A stretch of DNA of 64,000 nt, taken from positions 4,032,001-4,096,000 of the forward strand of contig OY759599.1 in NCBI GenBank assembly GCA_963662465.1. Direction: 5' to 3'. Positions within the stretch are counted from its first letter, which is position 1, and the number at the start of each line of letters is the position of its first letter. A program made the position numbers and the translations under genes. Below, piece after piece: positions 1-10,261 of this stretch. Under the pieces are notes generated by a model. That model was not told the origin of the DNA and searched no databases. It saw only the letters and a list, made by a program, of their open reading frames with translations. Source of the DNA: Desulfatiglandales bacterium (GTDB lineage: Bacteria > Desulfobacterota > DSM-4660 > Desulfatiglandales > Desulfatiglandaceae).

Positions 1-18
1 CAATTTAATCAACCGCCA

Positions 19-43
19 TTAGACTGGTCTGAAACTAGTCTAA
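19..43. promoter_or_regulatory. Inverted repeat upstream of the antitoxin gene, probable TA autorepression operator
   Basis: TTAGACTGGT-N5-ACTAGTCTAA (9/10 arms) abutting the AAGGAG RBS. Confidence 0.5.
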
Positions 44-54
44 GGAGATGCCTT

Positions 55-294
55 ATGGAAACGGTAGGCGCATATGAAGCCAAAACCCATTTGCCCAAGA
101 TACTGGATCGTGTGGTCAAAGGTGAGCGTATCACCATTACGAAGCACGGTGTACCGGTCGCTATATTACAACCCCCTCATCTTGAAAAAAAGGTGGATAC
201 CAAATCAGTTATCCTTGCTTTACAAAAATTCCGTGATAAACACACGCTGGGTGGAATCTCAATTCAAGACATGATTGAAGAGGGAAGACGCTAA
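55..294 (+). CDS. Phd/YefM-family antitoxin
   Basis: N-terminal 'VGAYEAKTHLPKILDRVVKGERITITKHGVPVA' Phd signature; directly abuts a PIN gene. Confidence 0.9.
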   Translation: METVGAYEAKTHLPKILDRVVKGERITITKHGVPVAILQPPHLEKKVDTKSVILALQKFRDKHTLGGISIQDMIEEGRR

Positions 295-708
295 ATGGGC
301 GAACATTTTGTTGTCGATAATTCTGTCGTGATGTCATGGTGTTTTAAAGATGAAAACAACCATTACGCAGACATTGTCCTGAACAAGCTCATGGAAGCAT
401 CCGCCATCGTGCCGACCATCTGGCCCCTCGAAGTTGTCAATGTTCTGTTGGTTGCCGAGCGAAAAAAGAGGCTAACCCAATCCGACAGCATCCGATTTAT
501 AACGCTGTTAAATCAACTTCCCATCTTTGTGGAACATGAACAAGCATCAAGGATGATGAAGGAACTCCTGGCACTGGCAAGGACCGGCAATCTATCGAGT
601 TATGATGCCTCATACCTGGATCTTGCCATGAAGAACGGCTGTCCAATCGCCACGCTGGACAAAAAACTCATCGAAGCCGCCAAAAAGATTGACGTCCCAA
701 TTTTGTAA
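295..708 (+). CDS. vapC: VapC-family PIN-domain toxin
   Basis: 'VVDNSV', 'EVVN', 'LSSYDASYLDLA', 'IATLDKKL' PIN acidic motifs. Confidence 0.9.
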   Translation: MGEHFVVDNSVVMSWCFKDENNHYADIVLNKLMEASAIVPTIWPLEVVNVLLVAERKKRLTQSDSIRFITLLNQLPIFVEHEQASRMMKELLALARTGNLSSYDASYLDLAMKNGCPIATLDKKLIEAAKKIDVPIL

Positions 709-763
709 CCGTTCACGGTTTACGGTTACCCAATTTTTTCAGCCTGATACTTCTAATAAAATA

Positions 764-1894
764 TTATACTCTTCCGGAAGCCCACGGCAGGTTCCGGTTC
801 ACTTTGCAGATCACAGGCCCCTTCCTGAGGGACGCAAAGCAAGCCATGCACTCCCGGCAGGGAATGATATCGCTTTCCTTCCCCGCCAGAATTTTGCCGG
901 CGGATTCAGGATCGGCAATCATCTGCCGACCCACGGCCACGAGATCCATAAACGACCCCTCAACACATTTGGCGGCCATGGCATTTCCAAGCTTGCCCAC
1001 GCCGATCACCGGAAGGCCCGTTGCTTCCCTGACCTGGGCCACAAAGGGAATGTTTGCGCCGGGAGGCTGTTCTTTTGAAAAAGCGGAAGCGGGAACCAGA
1101 AATTTCCTGCCGTCCTCTTCCTGCAAGGAACCCTGCGTCACCAGCGACACATCCAGCGCATCCACACCCGCTTGCGCAAGACTCCGGCTGACCTCAAGGC
1201 CATCTTTCAGGGTCTGCCCCCCTTCCACATGCTCCACCACATTGAAACGAAACAGAATGGGATAGTTCTCGCCGAGCTTTTCCCGAACAGCTTTGGACAC
1301 TTCAATGGCCAGGGTTGCACGTCCCCCCGCATCTCCGCCATAGCGATCATCCCGTTGATTGCTAAGGGGGGACAGAAACTGGCTGATCAAATAGAAATGG
1401 GCGCCGTGAATCTCCACCCCATCAAAGCCCGCTTCAGCCGCTCGATCCGCCGCAACCGCAAAATCGGAGACCATGGCGTCAATCTGGTTGTGGTTCATGG
1501 AAAAGGGTGTTACATCGCCCCTCAAGGCGAACCCGGACGGTGATGCCCCCTGCATTTTTCCGCCGCCGGGAAACCCCCTGGCGCCTGCGTGGTTGAGCTG
1601 AACCACCGCGGCAGCACCTGATTTTTGAATGGCACGGGCAAGGCGCGCCATTCCGGAGATCTGATCTCCCTCCCATAGCCCCAGACTGCCAGGGACGATG
1701 CGACCGTCACGCCGCACCGAGGCAGCTTCCACAATGACAAGGCCCACCTCTCTTGCCCGCTCCTCATAAAATTGAATAACATTATCCGTAACGCGACCCT
1801 CAGGACTGCCGCAGTTCGTGGTCAGGGGCGGCAGAACCATGCGGTTGCGCAACCGCATTCCATTGATTGTCACCTTATCGTGCAGTGTAGGCAT
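764..1894 (-). CDS. NADH:flavin oxidoreductase (Old Yellow Enzyme family)
   Basis: 'LRNRMVLPPL', 'QLNHAG', 'AGFDGVEIHGAHFYLISQFLSPLSNQRDDRYGG'; C-terminal CxxCxxxC...C. Confidence 0.92.
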   Translation of the reverse strand: MPTLHDKVTINGMRLRNRMVLPPLTTNCGSPEGRVTDNVIQFYEERAREVGLVIVEAASVRRDGRIVPGSLGLWEGDQISGMARLARAIQKSGAAAVVQLNHAGARGFPGGGKMQGASPSGFALRGDVTPFSMNHNQIDAMVSDFAVAADRAAEAGFDGVEIHGAHFYLISQFLSPLSNQRDDRYGGDAGGRATLAIEVSKAVREKLGENYPILFRFNVVEHVEGGQTLKDGLEVSRSLAQAGVDALDVSLVTQGSLQEEDGRKFLVPASAFSKEQPPGANIPFVAQVREATGLPVIGVGKLGNAMAAKCVEGSFMDLVAVGRQMIADPESAGKILAGKESDIIPCRECMACFASLRKGPVICKVNRNLPWASGRV

Positions 1895-1908
1895 TACAAT
1901 TACCTCCT

Positions 1909-4350
1909 TTACTCACAAGACGCCTCATCATCCATCGCTTCTCTCACCTTACGGCACAGAGATTCAATCGTAAAGGGCTTCTGAATGAAAGATATATCCG
2001 ATTCCAGTATATGGTTTTGGGGCAAGGCCTTGTTCGGGTATCCTGACATGTAAATCACCTTCATTTTCGGTCGCAGGGACAGAGCCCGCTCCGAAAGCGC
2101 CTCCCCCCCCATTCCCGGCATCACCATATCCGTGAGCAGCAGATGGATATCCCCCTCGAACCTTCCTATCCACCGAAGGGCCTCTTCACCGTCAGCCGCT
2201 TCCAGGACTTCGTATCCCGCGCTCCGGAGGCCCCTCCCGGCCAATTTCCGAAGCGATGCATTGTCTTCCACCACCAGCACCACTTCACCGCCGCCTGATT
2301 CCTCATGGGAGGATTGCCTTTCCGGCGCCTCGGGGACAGTCTCCACCCCGGGAAGATAAACCTTCATGGTCGTTCCCATACCGGGTTCGCTGTACGGCAG
2401 GACATAGCCCTTGCTCTGTTTGACGATTCCATATACCGTGGAGAGTCCCAGCCCCGTACCGGTTCCCCGCTCCTTGGTGGTAAAGAAGGGTTCAAAGATC
2501 CGGGCCTTGGTCTCCTCGTCCATGCCGCATCCCGTGTCCGTCACCGCCAGCATCACGTACTGCCCCGTGTCCCCTTCCACACCATGGGCCTGAAGATACA
2601 CCCTGTCCAATTCCACATTGGCCGTTTCAATGGTCAACACTCCCCCCTGGCGCATGACATCCCTCGCGTTTACCGCCAGGTTCATGATCACCTGTTCCAT
2701 TTGTCCCAAATCCGCTTTAACCTTCCACAGCCCGGGCGTCGGGACAATCCGCAGCTTGATATTCTCTCTGAACAGACGCAGGAGAAGCTTCTCCATATCG
2801 CGAACAACGGTATTTAAATCCAGAATCTCGAGATGGCAGGTCTCCTTCCGGCTGAAGGTCAGAAGCCGACGGGTCAGCACGGCGCCCCGTTCCCCTACCT
2901 TCTTGATCTGTTCGATATCACCGCGCAGATGATCATCCTTTGGCAGATCGGCCAACGCGAGTTCGGCGTTGCCGATAATTACCGTCAGCAGATTGTTAAA
3001 ATCGTGGGCCACACCACCGGCCAAAACACCGATGGACTCCATCTTCTGGCTCTGATAGAACTGGGCCTGCAATTTCTCACGCTCTTCTTCGGCCCGCCTG
3101 CTCTGGGTGATATCTTCGACGATACCCTTGTAATGCGTAATGTGCCCCTCATGATCCCTGACCATGTAGGTCCAATCCCGGACAATCTTCTCCGAACCAT
3201 CCTTTGCCATAATACGATAGGGTTCGTGGAAGAACTCGTTCGTTTCTCTTTTGTTGCTGAATACGATTAACTCTTGGGTCACCCGATCGAGGTCCTCAGG
3301 ATGAACACAACGCGCATAATTCATGTCTCCGCTCATGAATTCCTCGACCGTATATCCTAAGAGCCGCTCAACATTTTCAGAAACAAAGACCACCGGCCAC
3401 CCTTCCTGATTCTTCCAGGTGAAAGCCACGGAAGGACTTCGGTTGATGATGTCGTACGCTTCCTTCAGTGCCTTCTCAGCTTCCCTGCGCTCGGTGCTGT
3501 CCTGGATTGTCCCCATCAAGCAGGTTGCCATGCCATCGTCGTCATAGAAACTCTGGAACTTTTCATTGATATATCTGACGGTCCCATCCTTTTGCAACAA
3601 ACGATATTCGATATCGTATGGCGTTTTTTTTGATAACGATTCCGTGTGGGCCTTGCTCACATACGCCATGTCATCCGGATGAACAGCCACCATTAAAGCC
3701 TTGTATGAGGGATCGATCTCCCGGGGTTTCAGCCCTAAAATGCGGTAGATCTCATCAGACCATTTCAAAGTATTGCTTTTCAGATCGAGTTCCCAGTGCC
3801 CCACATGGGCCAGTTCCTGGGCCTCCTTAAGCCTTTGTTCCGATTTTACCAGGGCTTTTCGTTCGTTCTGGAGTCTTTCCACCATTTCCGCAAGCTTACG
3901 GGTAACACTGGCGTCATACATGTCGAGCAGGATATCTTCACCCTCCAGGGGTCCTTCAGGAATCGGCAAAATTCCGTTTCGGTGTTCATTCAGCACCTCA
4001 TCGAGGATTTGGATGAAGGTTTCTCCTTCGGCGGGTTTGATAACAAAACGGGACGCACCCAGACTCATGGCCAGGTTCTCATCCGTCTTCTCAACGAAGG
4101 TCGCCGTATAAAAGATGAATGGGATATTGCGAAGATCGGCGTCGTTCTTTACTTCGCGACACAGCCTGAATCCGTTCATGACGGGCATCATGATATCTGA
4201 AATGATCACTTCAGGCGGGTCCCGACGGGCAAAGCGCAATGCGTCCTGGCCGTTTTCCGCGGCGGTAATGCGGTGGCCCCTGGATGCCAACAGTCGTTCC
4301 AGCATATAACGGCTTTCGGCATTGTCTTCAACGATCAGAATGTTGCTCAT
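1909..4350 (-). CDS. Cytoplasmic hybrid histidine kinase (REC-PAS-PAS-HisKA-HATPase-REC)
   Basis: N-terminal REC 'SDIMMP', two PAS/PAC, 'GGVAHDFNNLL', 'DTGCGM', 'FFTTK..GTGLGL', C-terminal REC. Confidence 0.93.
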   Translation of the reverse strand: MSNILIVEDNAESRYMLERLLASRGHRITAAENGQDALRFARRDPPEVIISDIMMPVMNGFRLCREVKNDADLRNIPFIFYTATFVEKTDENLAMSLGASRFVIKPAEGETFIQILDEVLNEHRNGILPIPEGPLEGEDILLDMYDASVTRKLAEMVERLQNERKALVKSEQRLKEAQELAHVGHWELDLKSNTLKWSDEIYRILGLKPREIDPSYKALMVAVHPDDMAYVSKAHTESLSKKTPYDIEYRLLQKDGTVRYINEKFQSFYDDDGMATCLMGTIQDSTERREAEKALKEAYDIINRSPSVAFTWKNQEGWPVVFVSENVERLLGYTVEEFMSGDMNYARCVHPEDLDRVTQELIVFSNKRETNEFFHEPYRIMAKDGSEKIVRDWTYMVRDHEGHITHYKGIVEDITQSRRAEEEREKLQAQFYQSQKMESIGVLAGGVAHDFNNLLTVIIGNAELALADLPKDDHLRGDIEQIKKVGERGAVLTRRLLTFSRKETCHLEILDLNTVVRDMEKLLLRLFRENIKLRIVPTPGLWKVKADLGQMEQVIMNLAVNARDVMRQGGVLTIETANVELDRVYLQAHGVEGDTGQYVMLAVTDTGCGMDEETKARIFEPFFTTKERGTGTGLGLSTVYGIVKQSKGYVLPYSEPGMGTTMKVYLPGVETVPEAPERQSSHEESGGGEVVLVVEDNASLRKLAGRGLRSAGYEVLEAADGEEALRWIGRFEGDIHLLLTDMVMPGMGGEALSERALSLRPKMKVIYMSGYPNKALPQNHILESDISFIQKPFTIESLCRKVREAMDDEASCE

Positions 4351-4739
4351 GCAATCTCTCCTTTCAGCCGTTTGGTCAAAACGCTCCGCACCTGCTCAAC
4401 AAAGAGGTCGGGATCGATCGGTTTCTCAATATACCCTTCACAACCGGCGGCCAAAACCGCTTCCCGGTCCCCTGCCATGGCATAAGAGGTAACCGCTGCA
4501 ATGGGAATCGATTTTGTTTCCATGCCCTGCTTCAGCCGCCTGGCCACTTCATACCCATCCATTACCGGCAACTGGATATCCAGAAGGATCAGGTCCGGTT
4601 GTTCGGAAACAGCCAATTCCAACCCCTGCTGCCCGTTCCGGGCCTGTATCACGTCAAACCCCTGTTGCTCCAGCATAAAGGTTTCCAGATAGATATTCTG
4701 TTCATTATCTTCAACGATGAGAATTTTCTGTTTCATCAT
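4347..4739 (-). CDS. Single-domain response regulator (DivK-like)
   Basis: 'ILIVEDN', 'LLDIQLPVMDG', 'AGCEGYIEKP'. Confidence 0.92.
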   Translation of the reverse strand: MMKQKILIVEDNEQNIYLETFMLEQQGFDVIQARNGQQGLELAVSEQPDLILLDIQLPVMDGYEVARRLKQGMETKSIPIAAVTSYAMAGDREAVLAAGCEGYIEKPIDPDLFVEQVRSVLTKRLKGEIA

Positions 4740-7700
4740 TTTGTTCCTCCAGGTTCAATGGCAACGTGACGGTAACGGTGGCGCCTTTCCCCAATTGGCT
4801 CTTCACATCAATAGTCCCCCCCAATATATCCAGGATTCGCTTGCAGACGGACAGGCCCAGGCCGGTCCCTTCGTACCTGCGGGACGTCCCGGTATCGAGT
4901 TGTTGGAAGGGTTTGAAGAGCTTGTCCAGATCCTCATCCCTGATGCCGATGCCGCTGTCCGTCACCGCCACCTGGATGCGAGAATCCTGCCTGCGGCAAA
5001 CGATTTTCACAACGCCCTTCTCGGTAAACTTGATCGCATTATTGACCAGGTTAATGAAAACCTGCCGAATCCGGCGTTCATCACTGACCACCATCTCCAC
5101 TTCCGGGGCAATTTCCACCGATAAGGTCAGGCCTTTCTGTTCCGCCATGGGCAGCAGCGATGCCGCGACCTGATTGACCACATTGCGGATACTGAATGGC
5201 TCACAAGACACCTTCAGTTCACCTGCCTCGATCTTTGAAATATCCAGCACATCATTGATCAGATTCAGTAAATGGTGAGAACTCCCCTTCACCATTTTCA
5301 ACTGTTTTTTCTGCTCCAAATTCAATGGACCCACAAGCTCATTTAAAATGATGCCGGTAAAACCGATAATCGAATTGAGAGGGGTCCGCAGTTCATGCGA
5401 CATGCCGGCCAGAAAGGCGCTTTTAACCCGATTGGCCGATTCCGCGGCCTCCTTTGCCTCCACCAGTTCGCCTTCCACCATTCGGCGAAGGTTGATCTCC
5501 CGGGCCAAGCGACGGTTCCAATAGAGAAACACCGAGAAAATCAGAAATACGCCGAGGAGAACCTTCCATAACAACTGGTAGTTGAAGCCACGCTCATAGG
5601 TAACCGAAATCCAGCGCTGAAAAATCGCGTTGCGATCTTCCTCGCTGATGCTATCCAGGGCTTTCTGGATGATGCCCGCCAGTATGGGCTGATCTTTGCG
5701 GACCGTGACGGAAAGTTCATAGCTGTAAGGTGTTTCGCCGGAAACCTTGACGCCGGACATGCCTTCCCGGGCAATGACATGGCTGATGGCCGCAAAACTG
5801 CCGATAAAGGCATACGCCTTTCGACGGATAACCGCGTTAAGTCCCGCCGCAACATTTTCCACAGGCATCAAATCGAGTTCCGGATGCTTTTGTTTCAGAA
5901 TATCATGACTGGCGTATCCATTAACCACGGCAATGTTCTTCCCCCTCAAGTCATTCATATGGCCGATATAGGGGACATTCCGGTCGGTCACAATCACCAT
6001 GGGAAAACGGAGGTACGGTTCGCTGAAGAGCAGAAATGCCGCACGCTGGGGGGTACGGGTCGCGGAGAAAAGGATATCCAGAGACCCGGCCCTGATATCC
6101 CTCATGGTTTTTTGCCAGCGCTGGGGTTTCGTGGGTTTAATGGCAATGCCCATGATGGTGTTGAGTTCATGGATAAAATCGGCCGACATGCCCACAAACT
6201 GCCCCTCTTTGTCCACATATTCGACAGGCGGCCAGTCGGTGTCATACCCCAGGCGCAGGACCGGATGATCCCTCAGCCAGGCCCGTTCTCCAGGGGTGAG
6301 ATCCAGGGATGTTTTCACATCTTCCATGGCTTCAAGCCACTTGCGGTGAATCCCCCGCACTTCCTCACGGGTAACGGCGCCCAGGGCGCGGTCCAGCAGT
6401 CCCCCCAGCACAGGCCAATCCTTGCGGACGCCGATGGTCAGCACCACCGGGGGCTTCGCCATCCGCCCCATCACCCGCAGGTTGGCCATCAGCTCTTTCT
6501 CGATCAAATAGGTAACTACCGCGCGATTGCCGGCATAGGCATCGGCTTCACCCCTGGATACCGCATCCAGTGCTTCGCTGGTGGTATCATATTCTTGAGT
6601 CGTTATCTCAGGGTAATTCTTTTTGAAATACCGAACATTGTAATATCCACGTTCCAGGGCCACAATCTTTCCTTTCAGGTCCTTTTCGGACTTGAAATGG
6701 GGCCCGTCCCCGCGGCCCACAATCACATGGGGAATGGTGAGATAGGGGATGGTGAAATGGAAAAAAGGGTCACGCTCTTTTGTCGGGGTGATGTCCATCA
6801 GAGCATCCAGTTCCCGATTCTTGACCCGGTCGAAATTTCCCTTAAAAGATCCCGGTTCAAGGGTCAGGATGCCCCTTAATCGGCGGTTGAGAACTTCGAT
6901 AAAATCGACGCCGATCCCTTGGGGCAGCCCGGTTTCATTTACGAAATTCATGGGGGGCCAGGCATTCATCATGCCGATGCGAACCTTTGGATGCTCACGG
7001 AGCCAATTTTGTTCAGTCTCCGTCAGTTCAAAAGGTACGGCGGTCTTTGGGGCAGCCTCCACGCGGGCGATCTCCGGAAGACTCCACCGTTGAAAGATTC
7101 GCAACCGTTCCTGTTCAGAAATGGAAGAGAGAGCCTTATCCAGGATGGCGGCCAGTTCCGGCCAATCCTTGCGGATCCCGAATCGCTCATCAGACTGCCC
7201 CTGGGCGTAAAGCGCCGCAAATTTCAGGTTGATGAAACCTTCCTTGGCCATCAAATAGTGGGCCATGCCCATACCGGCTACCGTCGCCTCCGCCTTGCCG
7301 GTGGAGACGGCCTCCAGGGCCGCCGTCAGGGTATCCACCTCGTATGGCCTGACCGTGGGGAAGTCCTCAAGAATCTGACCGGTTGTCGCGTATCCCTTCA
7401 CAAGGGCAACGGTTTTACCGGCAAGCTCTTCCCGACTTCTGATGGCATCACCGTCTTTTCGGGTGATGATGTATTGTGCGATGAATAGATAAGGTCGACT
7501 GAATTCGAACCACTCCCGTCGTTCAGGGCGCAGCACCAGGGTTGCAATAACATCGACCTCCCCTTTACGGGCCGCCGCATACAGGCGCTTCCATGTGCCT
7601 TCGGGGTAAATGTTGAGCTTAATCCCCATACGGTTTGCTGCTTCACGGGCAATATCGACGGCGATACCCATAAACTCGCCTTTTTCGTTCCGAAAGCTGT

Positions 7701-8709
7701 AGGGAGGGTAATCGCCGTCAAATGCCATGGTAATCTCCGGGTGCATTTTCAACCAGGCCTTTTGCTTTGGCGGCAGTTGAAGCCTTGGAGCCCCCCCTTC
7801 CCCGTCAACATCCACCCACTTTCTGAGGATGGCGCTGACCTCGTTCCTGTTAAGATTATTCAGGGATTTTTGCAGGATGTCTCTCAACATGGGCCAGTCC
7901 TTGCGAACCCCGATGGCATTGCTGGAAGCGGTTTCGTGGATCTTACCGTGAACTTTCAAATTGGGAATTAATTCCCGTTCAATAACATACATGGCCACGG
8001 CACGATTACCGACATAAGCATCCGTGATCCCTTTTGAAACGGCATCCAGGGCATCGCTGGTGGTATCGAACAGCTTCACCCGGATATGGGGGTATTTCTC
8101 CCGAAGCACGCCTTCAATGAAGAACCGACGTTCCACACCCACCGTCTTGCCCGCGAGACAGGAGAGATCCTCGTAATACGGTGCATCTTTTCGTGCAATA
8201 ATGCTGTGGGGAACCGTCAGATACGGCTTTGTGAAATGAAAGAAGGGTTCACGGTCGGATCTGGGCGTGATGTCCATCAGCGCATCGATGCGTTTTTCCT
8301 TGACCCCCTCAACCATTTCCGTCCAGGGGAGGGGCACAATCTTCAGCCGGTTGCCGAGCCGGGCATTGAGCGCCTTGATAAAACCGACGCCGATCCCCCG
8401 GGGCCGGCCGTCCGTATCCACATAATCCATGGGCGGCCACGCCTGATTGATGGCGATGGTGATTTCCGTATGGTCGCCCAGCCAGTCCGATTCCGCTCGG
8501 GTCAGGGAGAGATCCGAAGAAACCGGTTTCCCCTGTTCGCCGGTAGGAACACCTGCTTGGCCCTTGTGGATAGGCGCTTCGGCCGCAACGGAGGCACACG
8601 AATGCTGGATAGTCTGCATCTGAACCAAAAACACCGCCAGTAGGACGACGCCGAGGTTTTTTCGAAAAGGATGAAAACCACGATTTGCTTTCGGGGCCAT
8701 TGTCGACAC
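4711..8709 (-). CDS. Membrane sensor histidine kinase with four tandem periplasmic solute-binding (PBPb/VFT) domains
   Basis: Four repeats starting 'LT..E..WL..H.....(W/Y)PP'; TM segment; 'MSHELRTPLNSIIG', 'NLVNNAIKFT', 'GTGLGL'. Confidence 0.92.
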   Translation of the reverse strand: MSTMAPKANRGFHPFRKNLGVVLLAVFLVQMQTIQHSCASVAAEAPIHKGQAGVPTGEQGKPVSSDLSLTRAESDWLGDHTEITIAINQAWPPMDYVDTDGRPRGIGVGFIKALNARLGNRLKIVPLPWTEMVEGVKEKRIDALMDITPRSDREPFFHFTKPYLTVPHSIIARKDAPYYEDLSCLAGKTVGVERRFFIEGVLREKYPHIRVKLFDTTSDALDAVSKGITDAYVGNRAVAMYVIERELIPNLKVHGKIHETASSNAIGVRKDWPMLRDILQKSLNNLNRNEVSAILRKWVDVDGEGGAPRLQLPPKQKAWLKMHPEITMAFDGDYPPYSFRNEKGEFMGIAVDIAREAANRMGIKLNIYPEGTWKRLYAAARKGEVDVIATLVLRPERREWFEFSRPYLFIAQYIITRKDGDAIRSREELAGKTVALVKGYATTGQILEDFPTVRPYEVDTLTAALEAVSTGKAEATVAGMGMAHYLMAKEGFINLKFAALYAQGQSDERFGIRKDWPELAAILDKALSSISEQERLRIFQRWSLPEIARVEAAPKTAVPFELTETEQNWLREHPKVRIGMMNAWPPMNFVNETGLPQGIGVDFIEVLNRRLRGILTLEPGSFKGNFDRVKNRELDALMDITPTKERDPFFHFTIPYLTIPHVIVGRGDGPHFKSEKDLKGKIVALERGYYNVRYFKKNYPEITTQEYDTTSEALDAVSRGEADAYAGNRAVVTYLIEKELMANLRVMGRMAKPPVVLTIGVRKDWPVLGGLLDRALGAVTREEVRGIHRKWLEAMEDVKTSLDLTPGERAWLRDHPVLRLGYDTDWPPVEYVDKEGQFVGMSADFIHELNTIMGIAIKPTKPQRWQKTMRDIRAGSLDILFSATRTPQRAAFLLFSEPYLRFPMVIVTDRNVPYIGHMNDLRGKNIAVVNGYASHDILKQKHPELDLMPVENVAAGLNAVIRRKAYAFIGSFAAISHVIAREGMSGVKVSGETPYSYELSVTVRKDQPILAGIIQKALDSISEEDRNAIFQRWISVTYERGFNYQLLWKVLLGVFLIFSVFLYWNRRLAREINLRRMVEGELVEAKEAAESANRVKSAFLAGMSHELRTPLNSIIGFTGIILNELVGPLNLEQKKQLKMVKGSSHHLLNLINDVLDISKIEAGELKVSCEPFSIRNVVNQVAASLLPMAEQKGLTLSVEIAPEVEMVVSDERRIRQVFINLVNNAIKFTEKGVVKIVCRRQDSRIQVAVTDSGIGIRDEDLDKLFKPFQQLDTGTSRRYEGTGLGLSVCKRILDILGGTIDVKSQLGKGATVTVTLPLNLEEQNDETENSHR

Positions 8710-8923
8710 TCAGAGGGAATGATGGGAATTTGCCTTCTTTTATGCGAGTATAGAAACATCTCCGTTTCGGGTCAATAGCGAAAATTCATGATCTGACGAT
8801 GGATCTTGATTGTCCCATGGACTATGATAGAGGGAAAATGGTAAGGTATGTCATCCTGAAAAGCCTCATATCCCGGCACAACGGGTATTTCTTGCCCTCA
8901 CAAAATTCAAGGAGGAAATAACA

Positions 8924-9526
8924 ATGCCCCTCGAAATCATTGCCGTATATGGCAGCCCCAGAAGAAAAGGAAATACAGCCACTCTCATGAAAGAAGCCGT
9001 TCGCGGCGCCAGAGACGCTGGTGCAAGCGTTTCGGAGTTTGTACTGCGGGATCTCAAAATATCGCCCTGCCTTGAAATTTATGCCTGCAAAAAGGAAGGG
9101 GAATGCGCCATCAAAGACGACTTTCAAATGCTCAGGGATAAAATATTATCGGCAAAGGGCCTTATGATCGCCTCCCCCATCTTTTTTTATTCCGTCAGCG
9201 CCCATACCAAGGCCATGATGGACCGGTTTCAATCCCGCTGGGTCAGAAAGTACTGGATTGACGAAATCCCCTATGATCAGCGGGTTTTTAAGCGACAGGG
9301 GCTCTTTATCACCGTGGGAGCCACCCAGGGAAAAAAGCTGTTTGAAGGCGTCCAATTATCCATGAAGTATTTTTTCGACACACTGGACATGGCCCTCTGG
9401 CGTACCCTCGCCTATCGCGGCATCGATCTTGAGGGCGACATTAACAATTATCCGGAACACTTGGAAGAGGCCTATCAGTCGGGAAAGGAACTGGCCGAAA
9501 GCCTTATGGCCGGTTTGGCCGCTTGA
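8924..9526 (+). CDS. Flavodoxin-like / iron-sulfur flavoprotein (NADPH-dependent FMN reductase family)
   Basis: 'GSPRRKGNT', 'ASPIFFYSVSAHTKAMMDR'; strong GGAGG RBS. Confidence 0.88.
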   Translation: MPLEIIAVYGSPRRKGNTATLMKEAVRGARDAGASVSEFVLRDLKISPCLEIYACKKEGECAIKDDFQMLRDKILSAKGLMIASPIFFYSVSAHTKAMMDRFQSRWVRKYWIDEIPYDQRVFKRQGLFITVGATQGKKLFEGVQLSMKYFFDTLDMALWRTLAYRGIDLEGDINNYPEHLEEAYQSGKELAESLMAGLAA

Positions 9527-9669
9527 CATAATTTTGGCGAGCATAATCAAAGAGATTACTTTATGATGATAGGAAAGCTGCCCTTTCCTATATTTACATT
9601 TCTTTTTTCTTCTGGTATCTTCCGCGAAAATAAAGATTTGGAATAGTAGCCACCAAACCTCGAGGCGCC

Positions 9670-10260
9670 ATGCCCACAAAGACCTTTCGAATCATTGTTT
9701 CCATACTTTTCGGCATGGTGGGATTTGCCGCCAATTTTCTGGATATCCAGCTTTTTACCTCCCCCTGAATTCAAAGTAAACATCCTGATCGGACTTCTCT
9801 TTCCCCTTCTCATCACCATGGCCTGGGGGTGGCGTTACGGACTCCTTTCCGCCCTGGCCGGCGGCTGCCAGTCCATGTGGTGGCTCTGGCAAAACGATGG
9901 ATGGGGCATCGTTTATGCGGTCCCGGTATTCACCCTGTGGGTCGTCTGGCACGGGTATTGGTCTAACCGGCGAAACAACATCAAACACTTACGCTGGTTT
10001 CATTCCCGTTTCGTCGTTGAGCTCCCCTTTCGCCTGGTCAGTGAACTGGGATTTTATACCCTTTTCCGCTGGCTCGTCTCCTTCAACCCGCCTCCCTGGA
10101 ATTCCGCAATCACCTGGGATCATGTGAGCCTTTCATGGGTGAATGTTGTGGCCGTAAAACACCTGGTCACGGCCTATATTCTGCTCTTCTTAGTCCATGT
10201 ACTCTTGCGGATCAGCGTTGTACGGCGTTTCTTCAAACTCGAAGATCCGCCCGAGCATTA
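9670..10260 (+). pseudogene. Frameshifted, truncated copy of the membrane domain of the 21511-23997 kinase
   Basis: 9592-10257 aligns with 21434-22097; extra C (C5 vs C4 near 9761) shifts the frame; homology stops after 'EDPPE'. Confidence 0.88.
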
Positions 10261-10261
10261 G

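Noticed and set aside
4717..8643. Long plus-strand ORFs (e.g. 5779-6879) opposite the sensor kinase
   Set aside because: Antisense shadows of a GC-rich gene with no motifs; the same applies to most short overlapping ORFs in the track
9060..9110. 'CLEIYAC...C' lacking the second Cys of the iron-sulfur flavoprotein motif, as a possible recoding site
   Set aside because: The codon is an ordinary Ile (ATT), not a stop; only a motif variant
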